A stretch of DNA of 64,000 nucleotides from Clostridia bacterium. Its GTDB lineage: Bacteria > Bacillota > Clostridia > TANB77 > UBA1234. Location: assembly GCA_017518295.1 (NCBI GenBank), contig JAFWVJ010000020.1, positions 131,320 to 195,319 on the forward strand. The letters run 5' to 3'. Under the pieces are notes generated by a model. The model was not told the origin of the DNA. It ran no database searches and worked only from the letters and a program-made list of their open reading frames with translations. The stretch's first letter is position 1, and the number at the start of each line of letters is the position of its first letter. Positions 27,898-39,600 of the stretch are shown here, one piece after another. The translations under genes were made by a program, and so were the position numbers.

Positions 27898-28497
27898 ATG
27901 GTTCTAGAAATTTGTGCAACGATATTGGGATTGATGCAAGGTTATTTAGCAATGATAAATAAAAGGAGCAACTGGATATTTTATATATTTCAGATGCTCT
28001 TTTTAATTGCTTTTTCATTCATCAATCATTTATATGGAGATGTTTTCAACAATAGTATCTATTTAATAATGGGAATCATTGGTTTTGTTCTTTGGAATAC
28101 AAAAAATGATTCTAGTAAGATTACAAGCTGCAAGACAAAAGAGAGAGTAGCCTATACGTTAATTATTCTAGTAGGTGCTTTGTTTGTTGGAAATAGATTA
28201 TCTAGCACAAATGATCCACTACCATGGCTAGATGGTTTTACTACAGTTTCTAGTTTAGTTGCTACTTATTATATGATGAATAAAAAAATTGATACATGGG
28301 TTATTTGGTTTGTAAATGACATTTTATATGCAGTTGAATACTACTTATTACCAAATCAAGCATTTTATTTATTCTTATTAAATATAGTTTGGACCTTAAT
28401 GGCAGTTGGTTCATATTATAATTGGAAAAAGCTTATGAAAGAAGGCGATGAAGATGATAAAAATGTTTTATTCAGGAACATACAATGCAAGACATGA
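27898..28497 (+). CDS. pnuC: nicotinamide riboside transporter PnuC
   Basis: 7-TM protein with PnuC signature segments (…NWIFYIFQMLFL…, …WVIWFVNDILYAVEYY…). AAGGAGG RBS before ATG 27898. Confidence 0.75.
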   Translation: MVLEICATILGLMQGYLAMINKRSNWIFYIFQMLFLIAFSFINHLYGDVFNNSIYLIMGIIGFVLWNTKNDSSKITSCKTKERVAYTLIILVGALFVGNRLSSTNDPLPWLDGFTTVSSLVATYYMMNKKIDTWVIWFVNDILYAVEYYLLPNQAFYLFLLNIVWTLMAVGSYYNWKKLMKEGDEDDKNVLFRNIQCKT

Positions 28498-29026
28498 ACT
28501 TATCAATAAAGATAATGTATGTGAAATGTTAAAAGATGATGTTCGTAGCAAAATTGTTGGAGATGTAGCTAGGACTGTTTATGCATCGGATGGAGTAGTA
28601 GTTAAAGATAATCCAAAAGTATTATATATAGGAGGATTTTATTATGAAAAAGAACATAAAGGAAGATCTGATTGTGAAAATGTTGTTATAGAAGAATTAA
28701 GTCAGATAGATAGATGCGATTTGATTGTTGTAAACTTAAGAAAATATTCTGCTATAGCTAGTGTTACAGAAATGATTTATGGAGCTATGAGAGGAAAAAA
28801 GATAATAATATTTTGCGATCCTAAAATTACAAATTATAAAATTTCTGGAGAATATTGGTTTCCGATTCTAACAGCTAAAATGTTAAATAAAAATATAGAA
28901 GTAAGATTTGTTGAAAGTGATGAAGAAATTGTAGATTTTATAAAGAATATGAAGGAAGATGATTATAATGATAGTAATAGAAGGAATAGATGGAGCTTAC
29001 AAGACGAGTACGATAAATGCGCTTAA
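28448..29026 (+). CDS. nucleoside 2-deoxyribosyltransferase-like protein (start uncertain; overlaps pnuC end)
   Basis: …KVLYIGGFYYE… and …ASVTEMIYGAMRGKKIIIF… resemble the nucleoside 2-deoxyribosyltransferase-like Rossmann fold. Weak call. Confidence 0.35.
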   Translation: MKMIKMFYSGTYNARHELINKDNVCEMLKDDVRSKIVGDVARTVYASDGVVVKDNPKVLYIGGFYYEKEHKGRSDCENVVIEELSQIDRCDLIVVNLRKYSAIASVTEMIYGAMRGKKIIIFCDPKITNYKISGEYWFPILTAKMLNKNIEVRFVESDEEIVDFIKNMKEDDYNDSNRRNRWSLQDEYDKCA

Positions 29027-29092
29027 ATTATCTATCAAAGCTTTGAAGAACAAGTAGAATTAGTTTATGATATAATTAAAAAGGTGATGTAG

Positions 29093-29803
29093 ATGAATAT
29101 AAATCTTGTGTGTTGTTTATTTGTACTAGATAATGAAAAGAATGAAAATATAAGAAAAAATGACATTAAAAAGCTTAAAATATTGATAAATAAAGATGGA
29201 AAACTTCCTAGTGTGGTTTATAAAAAAGATCATATGAAAAGTGATTTAAAGAAAGAAATAAAAGGAATATTGGGTACTAGTTTCTTTCATCTAGAGCAAG
29301 TTTTTTCGCATAATATAAAAGATAGCGTGGATGTTATTTATCTAGGTTTAACTAATATAGAATATATTAAAAAATTGAATTCTTCATATAAATTAGTTGA
29401 TTTTGATTTAATAGACAATAAAGTAATTATATTTGATAAAGAAAAGTATAATTACAAAACAAAAGAAGTTGTAGAAGGCAAGAATATAGAATATTTTCAT
29501 GAAATTAAAACAGATGATGAAAGTATTAAAAATATTTTGCTAGAAATATTAATTAGCTTTAAAAGAGTTAGAAGCAATATAGATAATACAGACATAGTAT
29601 TTAAACTTTTAGGTGATAATTTTACTTTAGAAGATGTAAGAGCAACTTATGAATTAATAACTAAAACGAATGTAGATAAATCAAACTTTAGAAAAAAAAT
29701 AATAAAATATTGTGAGAAAACAGTAAGTAAAGATGAAAAGACTGGATTTAGACCATCTCAAAGATATACTTTTAAACCATTAAAAGGTGACTTGTGGATA
29801 TAA
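29093..29803 (+). CDS. NrtR-like (Nudix-related) transcriptional regulator with degenerate Nudix domain
   Basis: C-terminal …LLGDNFTLEDVRATYELITKTNVDKSNFRKKIIKYCEKT…RPSQRYTFKP matches the NrtR winged-helix domain (FTLxxLQxxYExxLG…DKRNFRKK…RPAxLYxF). Adjacent to pnuC, as is typical for NrtR regulons. Confidence 0.5.
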   Translation: MNINLVCCLFVLDNEKNENIRKNDIKKLKILINKDGKLPSVVYKKDHMKSDLKKEIKGILGTSFFHLEQVFSHNIKDSVDVIYLGLTNIEYIKKLNSSYKLVDFDLIDNKVIIFDKEKYNYKTKEVVEGKNIEYFHEIKTDDESIKNILLEILISFKRVRSNIDNTDIVFKLLGDNFTLEDVRATYELITKTNVDKSNFRKKIIKYCEKTVSKDEKTGFRPSQRYTFKPLKGDLWI

Positions 29804-29896
29804 GCAAAGGTTACATAATTGAAAAGGCGCATATTTTGTGGTAAAATAATAGTGTAGTAGCTATGTAGAAATTTAATGTAATATGGAGGTGATATT

Positions 29897-30604
29897 ATGA
29901 CTAATTGGAAAGAAAAAATGGAAAGAGGTTATAATATCGCTGGTCATAATATGAGAAATTCAGAAGGCTCAAAAGAAGCTGCTGAAAAAGTTTTTGAAGA
30001 AGGATTGATTATTGCTGATGGCAAAAAGTCTATTCGACATACTACAGTACAATTAGGTGATAAATATAGAAATAAAAGAATAAAAGAAGATATAAATAGA
30101 TTGTTAACGGAGTATGTTTATTCATTAACATCAGAAGGATATAATATTTTAGTAATGTCTCCTACTACTATTAAGAATAGTAGTGGAGAAGAGCTATTTT
30201 TAGGTGACCCATATTTAGGTATAAAAGAAAGCGATTTTGCAACCGATGGACAAGAGTATAAAGCACTAAGTATTTTAGATTTAGCTTGTAGTCAGATGGG
30301 AAAGATTCCACCAGAGTTTATTTATGGCTATGTAAATATTCATGAAGGAAAGATTGTAGAAAATCCAAATCATTACTCTCATAACCAAGAAAAAATGGAT
30401 GACCTATTTGATAAAATTAAATCAAGTTTAAATAGTGTTCAAATAGAAGTAAGTGGAGCACTTGCTAAAGGTGACAAAACAAAAATAGCATATTTAAAAA
30501 AATTATTTGAAACATATGCTATGACAGAAATGAATGAAATAATTGAAAAAGCAGAAAAAGAATACTTAGAAAAAGATGTTAATATAGATCAAGATGAAAT
30601 ATAA
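29897..30604 (+). CDS. hypothetical protein
   Basis: 235-aa ORF with GGAGGTG RBS. No recognisable motif. Confidence 0.5.
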   Translation: MTNWKEKMERGYNIAGHNMRNSEGSKEAAEKVFEEGLIIADGKKSIRHTTVQLGDKYRNKRIKEDINRLLTEYVYSLTSEGYNILVMSPTTIKNSSGEELFLGDPYLGIKESDFATDGQEYKALSILDLACSQMGKIPPEFIYGYVNIHEGKIVENPNHYSHNQEKMDDLFDKIKSSLNSVQIEVSGALAKGDKTKIAYLKKLFETYAMTEMNEIIEKAEKEYLEKDVNIDQDEI

Positions 30605-30634
30605 AATGGTGGCTTTGTCCACCATATTTTTTTG
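30605..30634 (+). terminator. rho-independent terminator
   Basis: ATGGTGGCTTTGTCCACCAT hairpin plus a T8 run. Confidence 0.75.
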
Positions 30635-30802
30635 CAACTTTTTTTGTAAACTACACATAGATAAAAAATGCCGCAATATAGCTACTTGTAAGTTCCTCTT
30701 GTAGCAAAATTTCATTTATAGTAAAATATTTTGGATAGTTTAAAGACATAAATTTATTAATTTTTACATAGGGTTAAATATTGTTTTGGAGGCAATTTTA
30801 AG

Positions 30803-33800
30803 TTGGAAAATAAAGATTTTAATTGGGGAGAAGTTGTAGATTTCTTTTCAAAAAAATATATATTAACAAGAGCAAGTTTTTTAAATAGTACTGCATCAAT
30901 AGAAGGTGATAATATTAATGTTCAGTTGGGAGCAAATGGAAAATTTATGCTTTTACAAAAGAATATTGATAAAACAGTTAGTGATTTTATTTTTAACACT
31001 ACTGGTAATAGATATAACATAAACTTTTTTGAACCATCTATAAATGATTTTTCACAAAAGAAAGAAAATGCAGAAGAAACTATTATTAAAAACATGCTTC
31101 AAGAAAACGCAAAAAGAGCAGTAGAGCATGAGAAAGAAAAGAATGTTGAACAACTAAAATCAAAAGAACAAAAAGCAAGGAATAAGATTGAAAAACAAAT
31201 CGAAAATGGAACCTTGCCACAAGATGTGCAAGATGAAGCATTAAATAGTTTGCTTTCTATGGTAGAAAGTGAGATTAAAGTTGAAGCAAAAACGAATGAA
31301 GTAACAACAAATACAATAAATAGTAATGAGAAAAGTAGAGATAATAATTCAAAAGAAGCGGCGAATAGTTATAATAATCAAGCTGAAGAAAAGAAGTTTT
31401 TTAATGGAAGACCAGTTCGCAAAAAGACTACAACAAATATTAAAGATCCAGATAAACTAATTTTCAAAGGTTGGAAAGATACACCAAATCCAAAAGAAGT
31501 TAAGATAATAGATTTAGCTGAAGATACTCCTTATGTAATTATTACTGGTGAACTTTCAAATTTTGATAGTAGAGAGACCAAAAATGGTAGTTTTATGATC
31601 TCTTTTGATGTATATGATGGCACTAGTACAATAAGTTGTAGAGCTTTTCTAAAACCAGAAGAGTTTAGTGAAGCAAAGCCTATGCTTAAATCTGCAAAAG
31701 CAGTTAGAGTAGTTGGCACATATGAATATAATGGCTATTCAAAAGAATTTGGTGTAATTGCTGATGTTATAGAAGAAGCTGAGTATAGTAAAAAGATTCG
31801 TATGGATGAAGCAGAAGAAAAAAGAGTTGAGCTTCATTTACATACTCAAATGTCTCAAATGGATGGTGTTACTTCAGCAGAAGAATTAGTAAAAAGAGCG
31901 ATAATGTGGGGACACAAGGCAGTAGCTATTACAGATCATGGAGTAGTGCAGGCTTTTCCAGATGCAAATAAAGCAGTAAAAGGAGCGGTTAAGAAAGCTC
32001 AAGAAAAAGCTCAAAAGAAAGTTGAAGAAGAGTATGCTTCTAAATTATCAGATGAAAATTTGTCAGAAGAAGAAAAAGAAAAAATAAAGTTAGAACGCGA
32101 TGAAGCAATTGAAAAAGCAAAAGCAGAAGCTAAAAAGAAAAATGATATTAAAGTTTTATATGGTGTTGAAGCTTATTTGGTACCAGATGGCGTAACTTCG
32201 ATTTTTGATTATAAAGATAATCAGACTCTAAAAGATGAAACATATAGCATACTAGATATAGAAACAACAGGTATATCAAAACTTACAGAACGTATAACTG
32301 AATTTGGTATTATGAAAGTAAAAAATGGAGAAGTTATAGATACTTTCGAGTGCTTTGTAAATCCTGAAAAACATATACCAGAAAAAGTAAGTGAGATTAC
32401 AAATATCACTGATGACATGGTAAAAGATGCAGAAACTATAGATATCGTTTTGCCAAAAGTAATAGAATTTTGCAAAGACACTACTATAGTTGCACATAAT
32501 GCTACTTTTGATGTTGGTTTTATACGTGAAAATGCAAGAAGACTAGGATTAGAATTTAATTATCCTTGGATAGATACTTTAGCATTAGCAAAAGAGTTGT
32601 TCCCAGATCGTAAAAAATTTAAATTAGGATTAATTGCAGAAGATTTAGGAATACAAGTTGATGTAGCACATAGAGCTTTAGCAGATGTAGATACACTTAA
32701 AAAAGTATTTGATGTTATGCTACAAAGATTAGATGAAAAAGGTATTACACATTTCAAAGATGTAGATAAAGCACTTGCAAATGATGTAAGCTTTAAAACA
32801 TTGCCTACTTATCACGCGATTATTTTGGTAACTAATAAAATAGGATTAAAGAATTTATATAAGTTAGTTACATTTGCACATTTAGATTATTTTTATAAAA
32901 AGCCAAGAACTTTGAAGAGCTTACTAAAAAAATATTCAGAAGGATTATTGATAGGTAGTGCGTGTGAACAAGGAGAACTATATAGAGCAATAGAAGAGGG
33001 TAAGTCTGATGAAGAATTAGAAGAGATTGCAGACTTTTACGATTATTTAGAAATACAACCACTTGGTAATAATTTATTTAAAGTTAGAGAAGGTACTGTA
33101 AAAAATATAGAAACACTTCAAGACTTCAATAAAAAGATTGTTGCTCTTGGTGAAAAATTAAATAAGCCTGTTGTTGCAACTTGTGATGTTCACTTTATGG
33201 ATCCTGAAGATGAATTATATAGAAGAATTCTGATGGCAGGACAAGGCTACGATGATGCAGATAATCAAGCTCCATTGTTCTTTAGAACTACTGATGAAAT
33301 GCTTAGAGAGTTTGGATATTTGGGTAAAGAAAAAGCATATGAAGTAGTAGTAACAAATACAAATAAGATTGCAGATATGTGTGAAAAAATTTGTCCAATA
33401 GCAGATTATAAAGCAGCACCTCATATTGAAGGCTGTGAAGATACAATTAGAAATATAACTTTAAATAGAGCACATGAATTATATGGTGAGAATCTTCCAC
33501 AAATTGTTGAAGAAAGAATTAATAAAGAGTTAGATTCTATTATTAAAAATGGTTTCTCAGTAATGTATATCATTGCTCAAAAACTTGTTAAGAAATCTAA
33601 TGAAGATGGATATATAGTTGGATCGAGAGGTTCTGTTGGTAGTTCATTAGTTGCTTACTTAACGGGTATTACAGAAGTAAATTCGCTAAAAGCTCATTAT
33701 AGATGTCCTAATTGTAAGTATTCAGATTTTACTGATTATGGAGTAAAAAATGGATTTGACTTACCAGATAAGACTTGTCCAAACTGCGGACATCCTTTAG

Positions 33801-35290
33801 CAAAAGATGGTATGGATATTCCTTTTGAAACTTTCTTAGGATTTGATGGAGATAAAGAGCCCGATATAGACTTAAACTTCTCAGGAGAATATCAAGCAAA
33901 AGCACATAAATATACAGAAGTAATATTTGGTAAAGGTACAACTTTTAAAGCAGGTACTGTAGGTACAATTGCAGATAAGACTGCTTTTGGATATGTAAAA
34001 AAATATTACGAAGAAAGAAATAAAATAGTTAATTCTGCAGAAATTGTAAGAGAAGCTGCAGGATGTACAGGTGTAAAACGTACAACTGGTCAGCATCCAG
34101 GTGGAATCATAGTAGTTCCAGAAGGACATGAGATTTTTGAATTTTGCCCTGCACAACATCCAGCGGATGATCCGGATTCAGACATTATTACTACACATTT
34201 TGATTATCACTCGATTGATCAAAACTTGCTAAAGCTAGATATACTAGGTCACGATGATCCAACGGTTATTCGTATGCTTCAAGATTTAACTGGAATTGAT
34301 CCTCGTACTGTTCCTTTAGATGATAAAGAAACAATGTCAATTTTCTGTTCTACAAATGCATTAAATGTAAAACCAGAACAAATAAAAAGTGAAGTGGGTA
34401 CTTATGGAGTTCCAGAATTTGGAACAAAGTTTGTAAGAGGAATGTTAGTAGATACTAAGCCAACAAAGTTTGAAGAGTTACTTAGAATTTCTGGATTATC
34501 TCATGGTACAGATGTATGGCTAAATAATGCACAAACATTAATTCAAGAAGGTACTATAAAACTAGAAGATGCAATATGTACTCGTGATGATATTATGATT
34601 TATCTAATTAGCATGGGACTTCCACCAAAGCCTTCATTTAAAATAATGGAGAGTGTGCGTAAAGGAAAGGGATTAACTGAAGAACAAGAAACAATGATGA
34701 GAGAATACAATGTTCCAGATTGGTATATTTCATCATGCAAGAAAATAAAATACATGTTCCCTAAAGCACACGCAGCAGCATATGTAACTAATGCATTTAG
34801 AATAGCATGGTTTAAAGTACATGTTCCAAGAGCTTATTATACAGCATATTTTTCTATTAGAGCAGATGGTTTTGATAGCGATATTATGGCTCATGGAAAG
34901 CAAAAGGTAATAGAAAAGATGAGAGAGATCGATTCTCTTGGAAACTTAGCTTTGCCAAAAGATAAAGATATGTATCCAGTTTTGGAAATTGTTTTAGAAT
35001 ATTATGAAAGAGGATATAATTTCTTAGACATAGATCTTTATAAATCTGATGCAATTAAATTTACTATGGAAGAAGGGGGAATAAGACCTCCATTAAATTC
35101 AATTCCAGGATTGGGTACAGTTGCTGCACAAAGTATACAAGCAAGTAGAGAAAAAGATGGAGAGTTTATGTCGGTAGAAGAACTTATGCTAAGAGCTGGT
35201 ATAGGTAAATCTACAGCAGAAATCTTAAAAAATGCAGGATGCTTAAATGGAATGATGTGGAGTAATCAAATGAGTTTATTTGCAATTTAA
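30803..35290 (+). CDS. polC: DNA polymerase III alpha subunit, Gram-positive PolC type (TTG start)
   Basis: PHP domain (HLHTQMSQMDG). Inserted DEDDh exonuclease (YSILDIETTG…HNATFDVGF…HRALADV). Pol III alpha core with zinc finger (CPNCKY…CPNCGH). Confidence 0.95.
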   Translation: MENKDFNWGEVVDFFSKKYILTRASFLNSTASIEGDNINVQLGANGKFMLLQKNIDKTVSDFIFNTTGNRYNINFFEPSINDFSQKKENAEETIIKNMLQENAKRAVEHEKEKNVEQLKSKEQKARNKIEKQIENGTLPQDVQDEALNSLLSMVESEIKVEAKTNEVTTNTINSNEKSRDNNSKEAANSYNNQAEEKKFFNGRPVRKKTTTNIKDPDKLIFKGWKDTPNPKEVKIIDLAEDTPYVIITGELSNFDSRETKNGSFMISFDVYDGTSTISCRAFLKPEEFSEAKPMLKSAKAVRVVGTYEYNGYSKEFGVIADVIEEAEYSKKIRMDEAEEKRVELHLHTQMSQMDGVTSAEELVKRAIMWGHKAVAITDHGVVQAFPDANKAVKGAVKKAQEKAQKKVEEEYASKLSDENLSEEEKEKIKLERDEAIEKAKAEAKKKNDIKVLYGVEAYLVPDGVTSIFDYKDNQTLKDETYSILDIETTGISKLTERITEFGIMKVKNGEVIDTFECFVNPEKHIPEKVSEITNITDDMVKDAETIDIVLPKVIEFCKDTTIVAHNATFDVGFIRENARRLGLEFNYPWIDTLALAKELFPDRKKFKLGLIAEDLGIQVDVAHRALADVDTLKKVFDVMLQRLDEKGITHFKDVDKALANDVSFKTLPTYHAIILVTNKIGLKNLYKLVTFAHLDYFYKKPRTLKSLLKKYSEGLLIGSACEQGELYRAIEEGKSDEELEEIADFYDYLEIQPLGNNLFKVREGTVKNIETLQDFNKKIVALGEKLNKPVVATCDVHFMDPEDELYRRILMAGQGYDDADNQAPLFFRTTDEMLREFGYLGKEKAYEVVVTNTNKIADMCEKICPIADYKAAPHIEGCEDTIRNITLNRAHELYGENLPQIVEERINKELDSIIKNGFSVMYIIAQKLVKKSNEDGYIVGSRGSVGSSLVAYLTGITEVNSLKAHYRCPNCKYSDFTDYGVKNGFDLPDKTCPNCGHPLAKDGMDIPFETFLGFDGDKEPDIDLNFSGEYQAKAHKYTEVIFGKGTTFKAGTVGTIADKTAFGYVKKYYEERNKIVNSAEIVREAAGCTGVKRTTGQHPGGIIVVPEGHEIFEFCPAQHPADDPDSDIITTHFDYHSIDQNLLKLDILGHDDPTVIRMLQDLTGIDPRTVPLDDKETMSIFCSTNALNVKPEQIKSEVGTYGVPEFGTKFVRGMLVDTKPTKFEELLRISGLSHGTDVWLNNAQTLIQEGTIKLEDAICTRDDIMIYLISMGLPPKPSFKIMESVRKGKGLTEEQETMMREYNVPDWYISSCKKIKYMFPKAHAAAYVTNAFRIAWFKVHVPRAYYTAYFSIRADGFDSDIMAHGKQKVIEKMREIDSLGNLALPKDKDMYPVLEIVLEYYERGYNFLDIDLYKSDAIKFTMEEGGIRPPLNSIPGLGTVAAQSIQASREKDGEFMSVEELMLRAGIGKSTAEILKNAGCLNGMMWSNQMSLFAI

Positions 35291-35291
35291 G

Positions 35292-35330
35292 AAAAAAACC
35301 CGGGTTTAAAAACCCGGGTTTAATTTTTTT
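35292..35330. terminator. bidirectional rho-independent terminator (polC / hpf)
   Basis: AAACCCGGGTTTAAAAACCCGGGTTT flanked by A- and T-runs. Confidence 0.8.
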
Positions 35331-35332
35331 AT

Positions 35333-35860
35333 TTATTCTGGAATAACTAGTCCAAAATCTCCATCTACTCTTTTATAAAGTACATTAACTTGTTTTGTAT
35401 CAAAATCAACATATGTTAAGAATAGGGCAGCAGAATCAGATAATGCTAATTTTGCATCTTCTAGTGTAAGTGGCTTTAAGCTATATCCACGTGTGATTGT
35501 AACTTCACCATTTTTTGATACTTGAGGAACATTAAGTCTTCTAGCGGCTTTCTCATCAAATTCAGCACTTTTATTTCTTGCAGCTACTTTTTCTTTTGCT
35601 TTTCTCATTTGACGTTCTAGTCTATCAAAAGCTAAATCAATAGCAGCGTATAAATCATCATTTTTTTCTTCTATTTTGATAAATTCTCCATTGTGAGAAA
35701 GTTGCATTTCTGCAATTTGATCTTCACGTTCAACTTTACAAACTACTGTTAATTCTGTGTTGGAACCTTCGAATTTCTCTAATCTATCTGCTTTATCTGT
35801 GATATAACCACGTATAGCATCTGTAATTTCAAGATCTTTACCAGTAACTTTAATGTTCAT
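35333..35860 (-). CDS. hpf: ribosome hibernation promoting factor (long form)
   Basis: MNIKVTGKDLEITDAIRGYITDK… and the long C-terminal dimerisation domain. Confidence 0.9.
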   Translation of the reverse strand: MNIKVTGKDLEITDAIRGYITDKADRLEKFEGSNTELTVVCKVEREDQIAEMQLSHNGEFIKIEEKNDDLYAAIDLAFDRLERQMRKAKEKVAARNKSAEFDEKAARRLNVPQVSKNGEVTITRGYSLKPLTLEDAKLALSDSAALFLTYVDFDTKQVNVLYKRVDGDFGLVIPE

Positions 35861-35891
35861 ATAAATTCCTCCTTAAAAATAAAACTAATAA

Positions 35892-36320
35892 TTATTCTAC
35901 AGGGGTTTTAGTAGTTAAGGCTCTAATAATTCTCCAAATAATAAAGATTATTTGAAGGCCAATTATAATAGGGACACCATACTTAAATAGTGGCTTTTGA
36001 GTCTTATGCTTGAATTTGTACATACCACCTAAAACGCCTAAAGAACCGCCTACTAAAGCAGTAAGCATAAGGGTTCTTTCAGAAATCCTTGTGAATAGTA
36101 GCTTTTTAAGCTCTTTTTCATCTGCTTCTGGATTTTCTTTCTTGATTTGTCCGTTTCTTTTAGCTATCTTTTTATCTCTATACATTAAGTAATAGCCAAG
36201 GGCATTTAATAGTATAAAGCCAGTAATAAAGGCTCTTACAGGGCCTCCTAAAAGGAAACCGACAATTGCTTCTAATACATAAGTCAAACCATTAACGAAT
36301 TGTTCTAAAAATGCATTCAT
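35892..36320 (-). CDS. DUF1294-like membrane protein
   Basis: …TRISERTLMLTALVGGSLGVLGGMYKFKHKTQKPLFKYG… matches the DUF1294 pattern. Confidence 0.55.
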   Translation of the reverse strand: MNAFLEQFVNGLTYVLEAIVGFLLGGPVRAFITGFILLNALGYYLMYRDKKIAKRNGQIKKENPEADEKELKKLLFTRISERTLMLTALVGGSLGVLGGMYKFKHKTQKPLFKYGVPIIIGLQIIFIIWRIIRALTTKTPVE

Positions 36321-36407
36321 AAAGAAAGACCCCCTCCATAGAAATTATACCAAAACAAAAAAATATGTACAATAGGAAGATTTATTGGTAGGGGACTAAG
36401 CAAGGTT

Positions 36408-36420
36408 AAATTTATGTAAA
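36408..36420. promoter_or_regulatory. AAATTTACATAAAA-family motif (reverse orientation: AAATTTATGTAAA)
   Basis: Recurrent motif. See findings. Confidence 0.5.
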
Positions 36421-36501
36421 CGCGTACTTCCGTAGGGTTTAGGGACAAAAAGCCACGAAACCCTTGATAAATACGAGAAAACTAAATGTAAAAAGTTTGC
36501 T

Positions 36502-36516
36502 AAATTTACATAAAAA
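36502..36516. promoter_or_regulatory. AAATTTACATAAAAA motif upstream of SLH gene A
   Basis: Exact motif instance. Confidence 0.5.
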
Positions 36517-36553
36517 GGTTGAAAAACAGGCCAAAATGTGTTAACATAAATAA

Positions 36554-36570
36554 TGTAAATTTTACAAAAC
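36554..36570. promoter_or_regulatory. ATGTAAATTTTACAAAA (motif-related dyad) upstream of SLH gene A
   Basis: Contains the TGTAAATTT / TTTACA half sites. Confidence 0.4.
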
Positions 36571-36620
36571 GCATATTATTAAAGAAAAAATAATAAGAAA
36601 CGAAAGAGGAGGAAGATATT

Positions 36621-39600
36621 ATGACAAATACTATGAAAAGAAGTATTATTTCGATTTTTGTTTTAGTTTTAGTTTTCTGCATGAGTGCAGTTGCTTTTGC
36701 TGATGACTATAACGGACAAGAAATATTCAACTTGACAGCTACTTACAATGGAAAAACATTAAAGAATGGTGAAACCATTAAAGTTTATTCCACATCACCT
36801 AGAACAGTTTCAATAGATACTAATCCAAAATATGTAGATAACACATTAGTTGTTGGCTATTGTTGGGATGGTGGCAATTGGAATGATACAACTGGTAAAA
36901 AATCAATTTCATTTACACTTCCAAATTTTGCTAATGGATCAACACATACTCTAGATATGGAAGGTTATATTGAACATAATAAAAACTTACCAGAAGGTGA
37001 CCCTGAAAGATATGTAGGAAATACAAACTTTGTAACAGTTTATTTTAAATTTGAAGAAACAACTCGTGAAATTAATTTAAAAGATGGAAGCAAAACAATT
37101 GCACATCAAGCAACAATTCAAAAACAACCTGGTGATACTCTTACTTTAGTTGGAACATCAAATATTGGAATTAATAAAATTCAATATATTTGGAATGGAA
37201 ATTCAAGTGATGTTAAAACAATCAATGGAGAATCAGGAACAATTACAGTTCCAAATATGGCAGAAGGTCAAAAGATTACTTTAGAAGCAGTTTGCCAATC
37301 AAAAGATAATAACTGGTCTTCTAGTAAAACATACTATATTCAAAGACCTGCAGCTAATGAAACAGTTACACTTTCACTTTCAGATACAGGTAGTAACGTA
37401 AAAGCTACTCCAACTGTAACTAATGGTACATTTGATCATTATGAATATCATTGGGATAGTGATGTAACCTCAACTCAAACAAGTAGTACATTTGGTTATC
37501 CAGTTGCAACTGGAAAACATATATTATATGTAAAAGCAGTTACTAAGAATGGTGTAAAATCTGCTGAAAAGAGTGTAACAGTAAATGTTGCTGAAGCAGA
37601 ATCATTAACATTATCTTTAAAAGATACAGGAAGCAATATTAAAGCAACTGCAACTGTAACTAATGGTACATTGGATCATTTCCAATATCATTGGGATAGT
37701 GATATTAGTTCAAATCAAACAAGTGATACATTTGGTTATCCAGTAGCAACTGGATCACATACATTATATGTAAGAGCAGTTTCTAAGAAAGGAAATATGT
37801 CTCCAGAAAAGAGCATAACAGTTAATGTAGCTGCTCCAGAAACTGTAACAGTATCTTTACAAGATAAAGGTACATATGTAAAAGCAACACCAACAGTTCA
37901 AAATGGTACATTTGATCATTTTGAATATCATTGGGATAATGATGCTAGTTCAAATCAAACAAGCGATCAATTTGGATATCCAGTAGCAACTGGACAACAC
38001 ATTTTATATGTAAAAGCAGTTACTAAAAAAGGAACAAAATCTGCTGAGAAAAATATAACAATTAATGTTAAAGAAGAGGAAGTAACAGGAACAATTTCTG
38101 CTTCAGTTCCTTCAGGAGCATTAAGTGAAACACAAAGCAAACCAACTAGTGTTGAACCTGGAACAGAAATCACAGTTAAATTTAATCCAGAATCTAACTT
38201 TACTAAATTTGAATATAACTGGGATGATGGTGCATTCCAAAACTTACCTTCAAATAAAAAGATTTCAATTCCAAACTTTGAACCTGGTACAACACATAAA
38301 TTAACAATTAGAGGAACATTAAAGAATGGAAATATAGTAACAAAGATTTACTATATTACAATTCCAAAGAAAACATTAGAAGGACAAGTTGATGCAAAAT
38401 TAAACAATAAAACATTAACAAATGGATCAACAACTACTGTTGAAGGAAATGAATCTATTGATTTAGTTGGAACACCAACAGCAAATATTAAATCTTTAGT
38501 TTATTCTTGGGACAATGGTTCTGAACAAACAGTAAATGGTGCTTCAGCAAAAACTAATGTAGTTGCAAAACAAGGTGAGACACATACTTTAAAAGTTAAA
38601 GCAATTTTAACAGATAATACAGAAACATCATCTAAATCATATAAATTTGTTTTAAGCGGTGAGATGGAAGATGGTGGAGAATTAGATATAGATCCATGGA
38701 TGAGAGAAAATGATGATGCAGAAGGATTATTAGTTGCTCTTAGAAATAGATCTGATGAAGATAAAGCAAATAAAAACTTCTATATGATTGATGAAGAAGT
38801 TATTTACTTAGTAGATTATATGAATGCTGGAAAAGATATTAGTGAAGAAGTTAAACTTGTATTAAATATCCCACTTTCATTCAAGATTGTAAGCAGCGAT
38901 GGTGGTGTAGTTGATAATGATAAGAAAACAATTACTTGGACATTCCCAAATGGAGTTAAAGAAAAAGCTGCAGATACAAAAGAAGTAAGACTTAAATATA
39001 CAGCTTTATCTAAGAAGACATTAAAGAGTGAAATGATTTATCCACAAGCAGTAATTTATAAGAAAACAAAAGCAATGGATTATTCAGCAGTTATTAATTG
39101 CATCTATTTAGATGAAGATACAAAATTTAGTGATACTCATGAACCATATATGTATGGTGACCTTGAAGCTCCAACATTTAGACCTGATGAAGGTATATCT
39201 AGAGCTGAGGGTGCTATGGTTCTATTAAGAATCTTTGGTGAAAACTATACAAATGTTAAGACAATTACTACAAAATATAGTGATATTGAAGATACATACT
39301 ATGTAGCTAGACAAGCTATTACAAAAGCAACTCAATTAAATATCATGTCAGGATATCCAGATGGTTCATTTAAACCAAATGGTAAGATGACAAGAGCTGA
39401 GTTCATGAGAGTTATTGCAAGCTATGTTGCAGAAAGTGCAGATAAGAAAGGCTTAGAACTAAAAGATACAGATGCACTTGTAATTTATAAGAATACAAGT
39501 AATAAGAACCATTGGTCAAATCCATATGTAACATTACTTGCTAGATTAAATATGACAAATGCATCAAGCAAGGAGAAAGATCTAAGAGTAGATGAAACAA

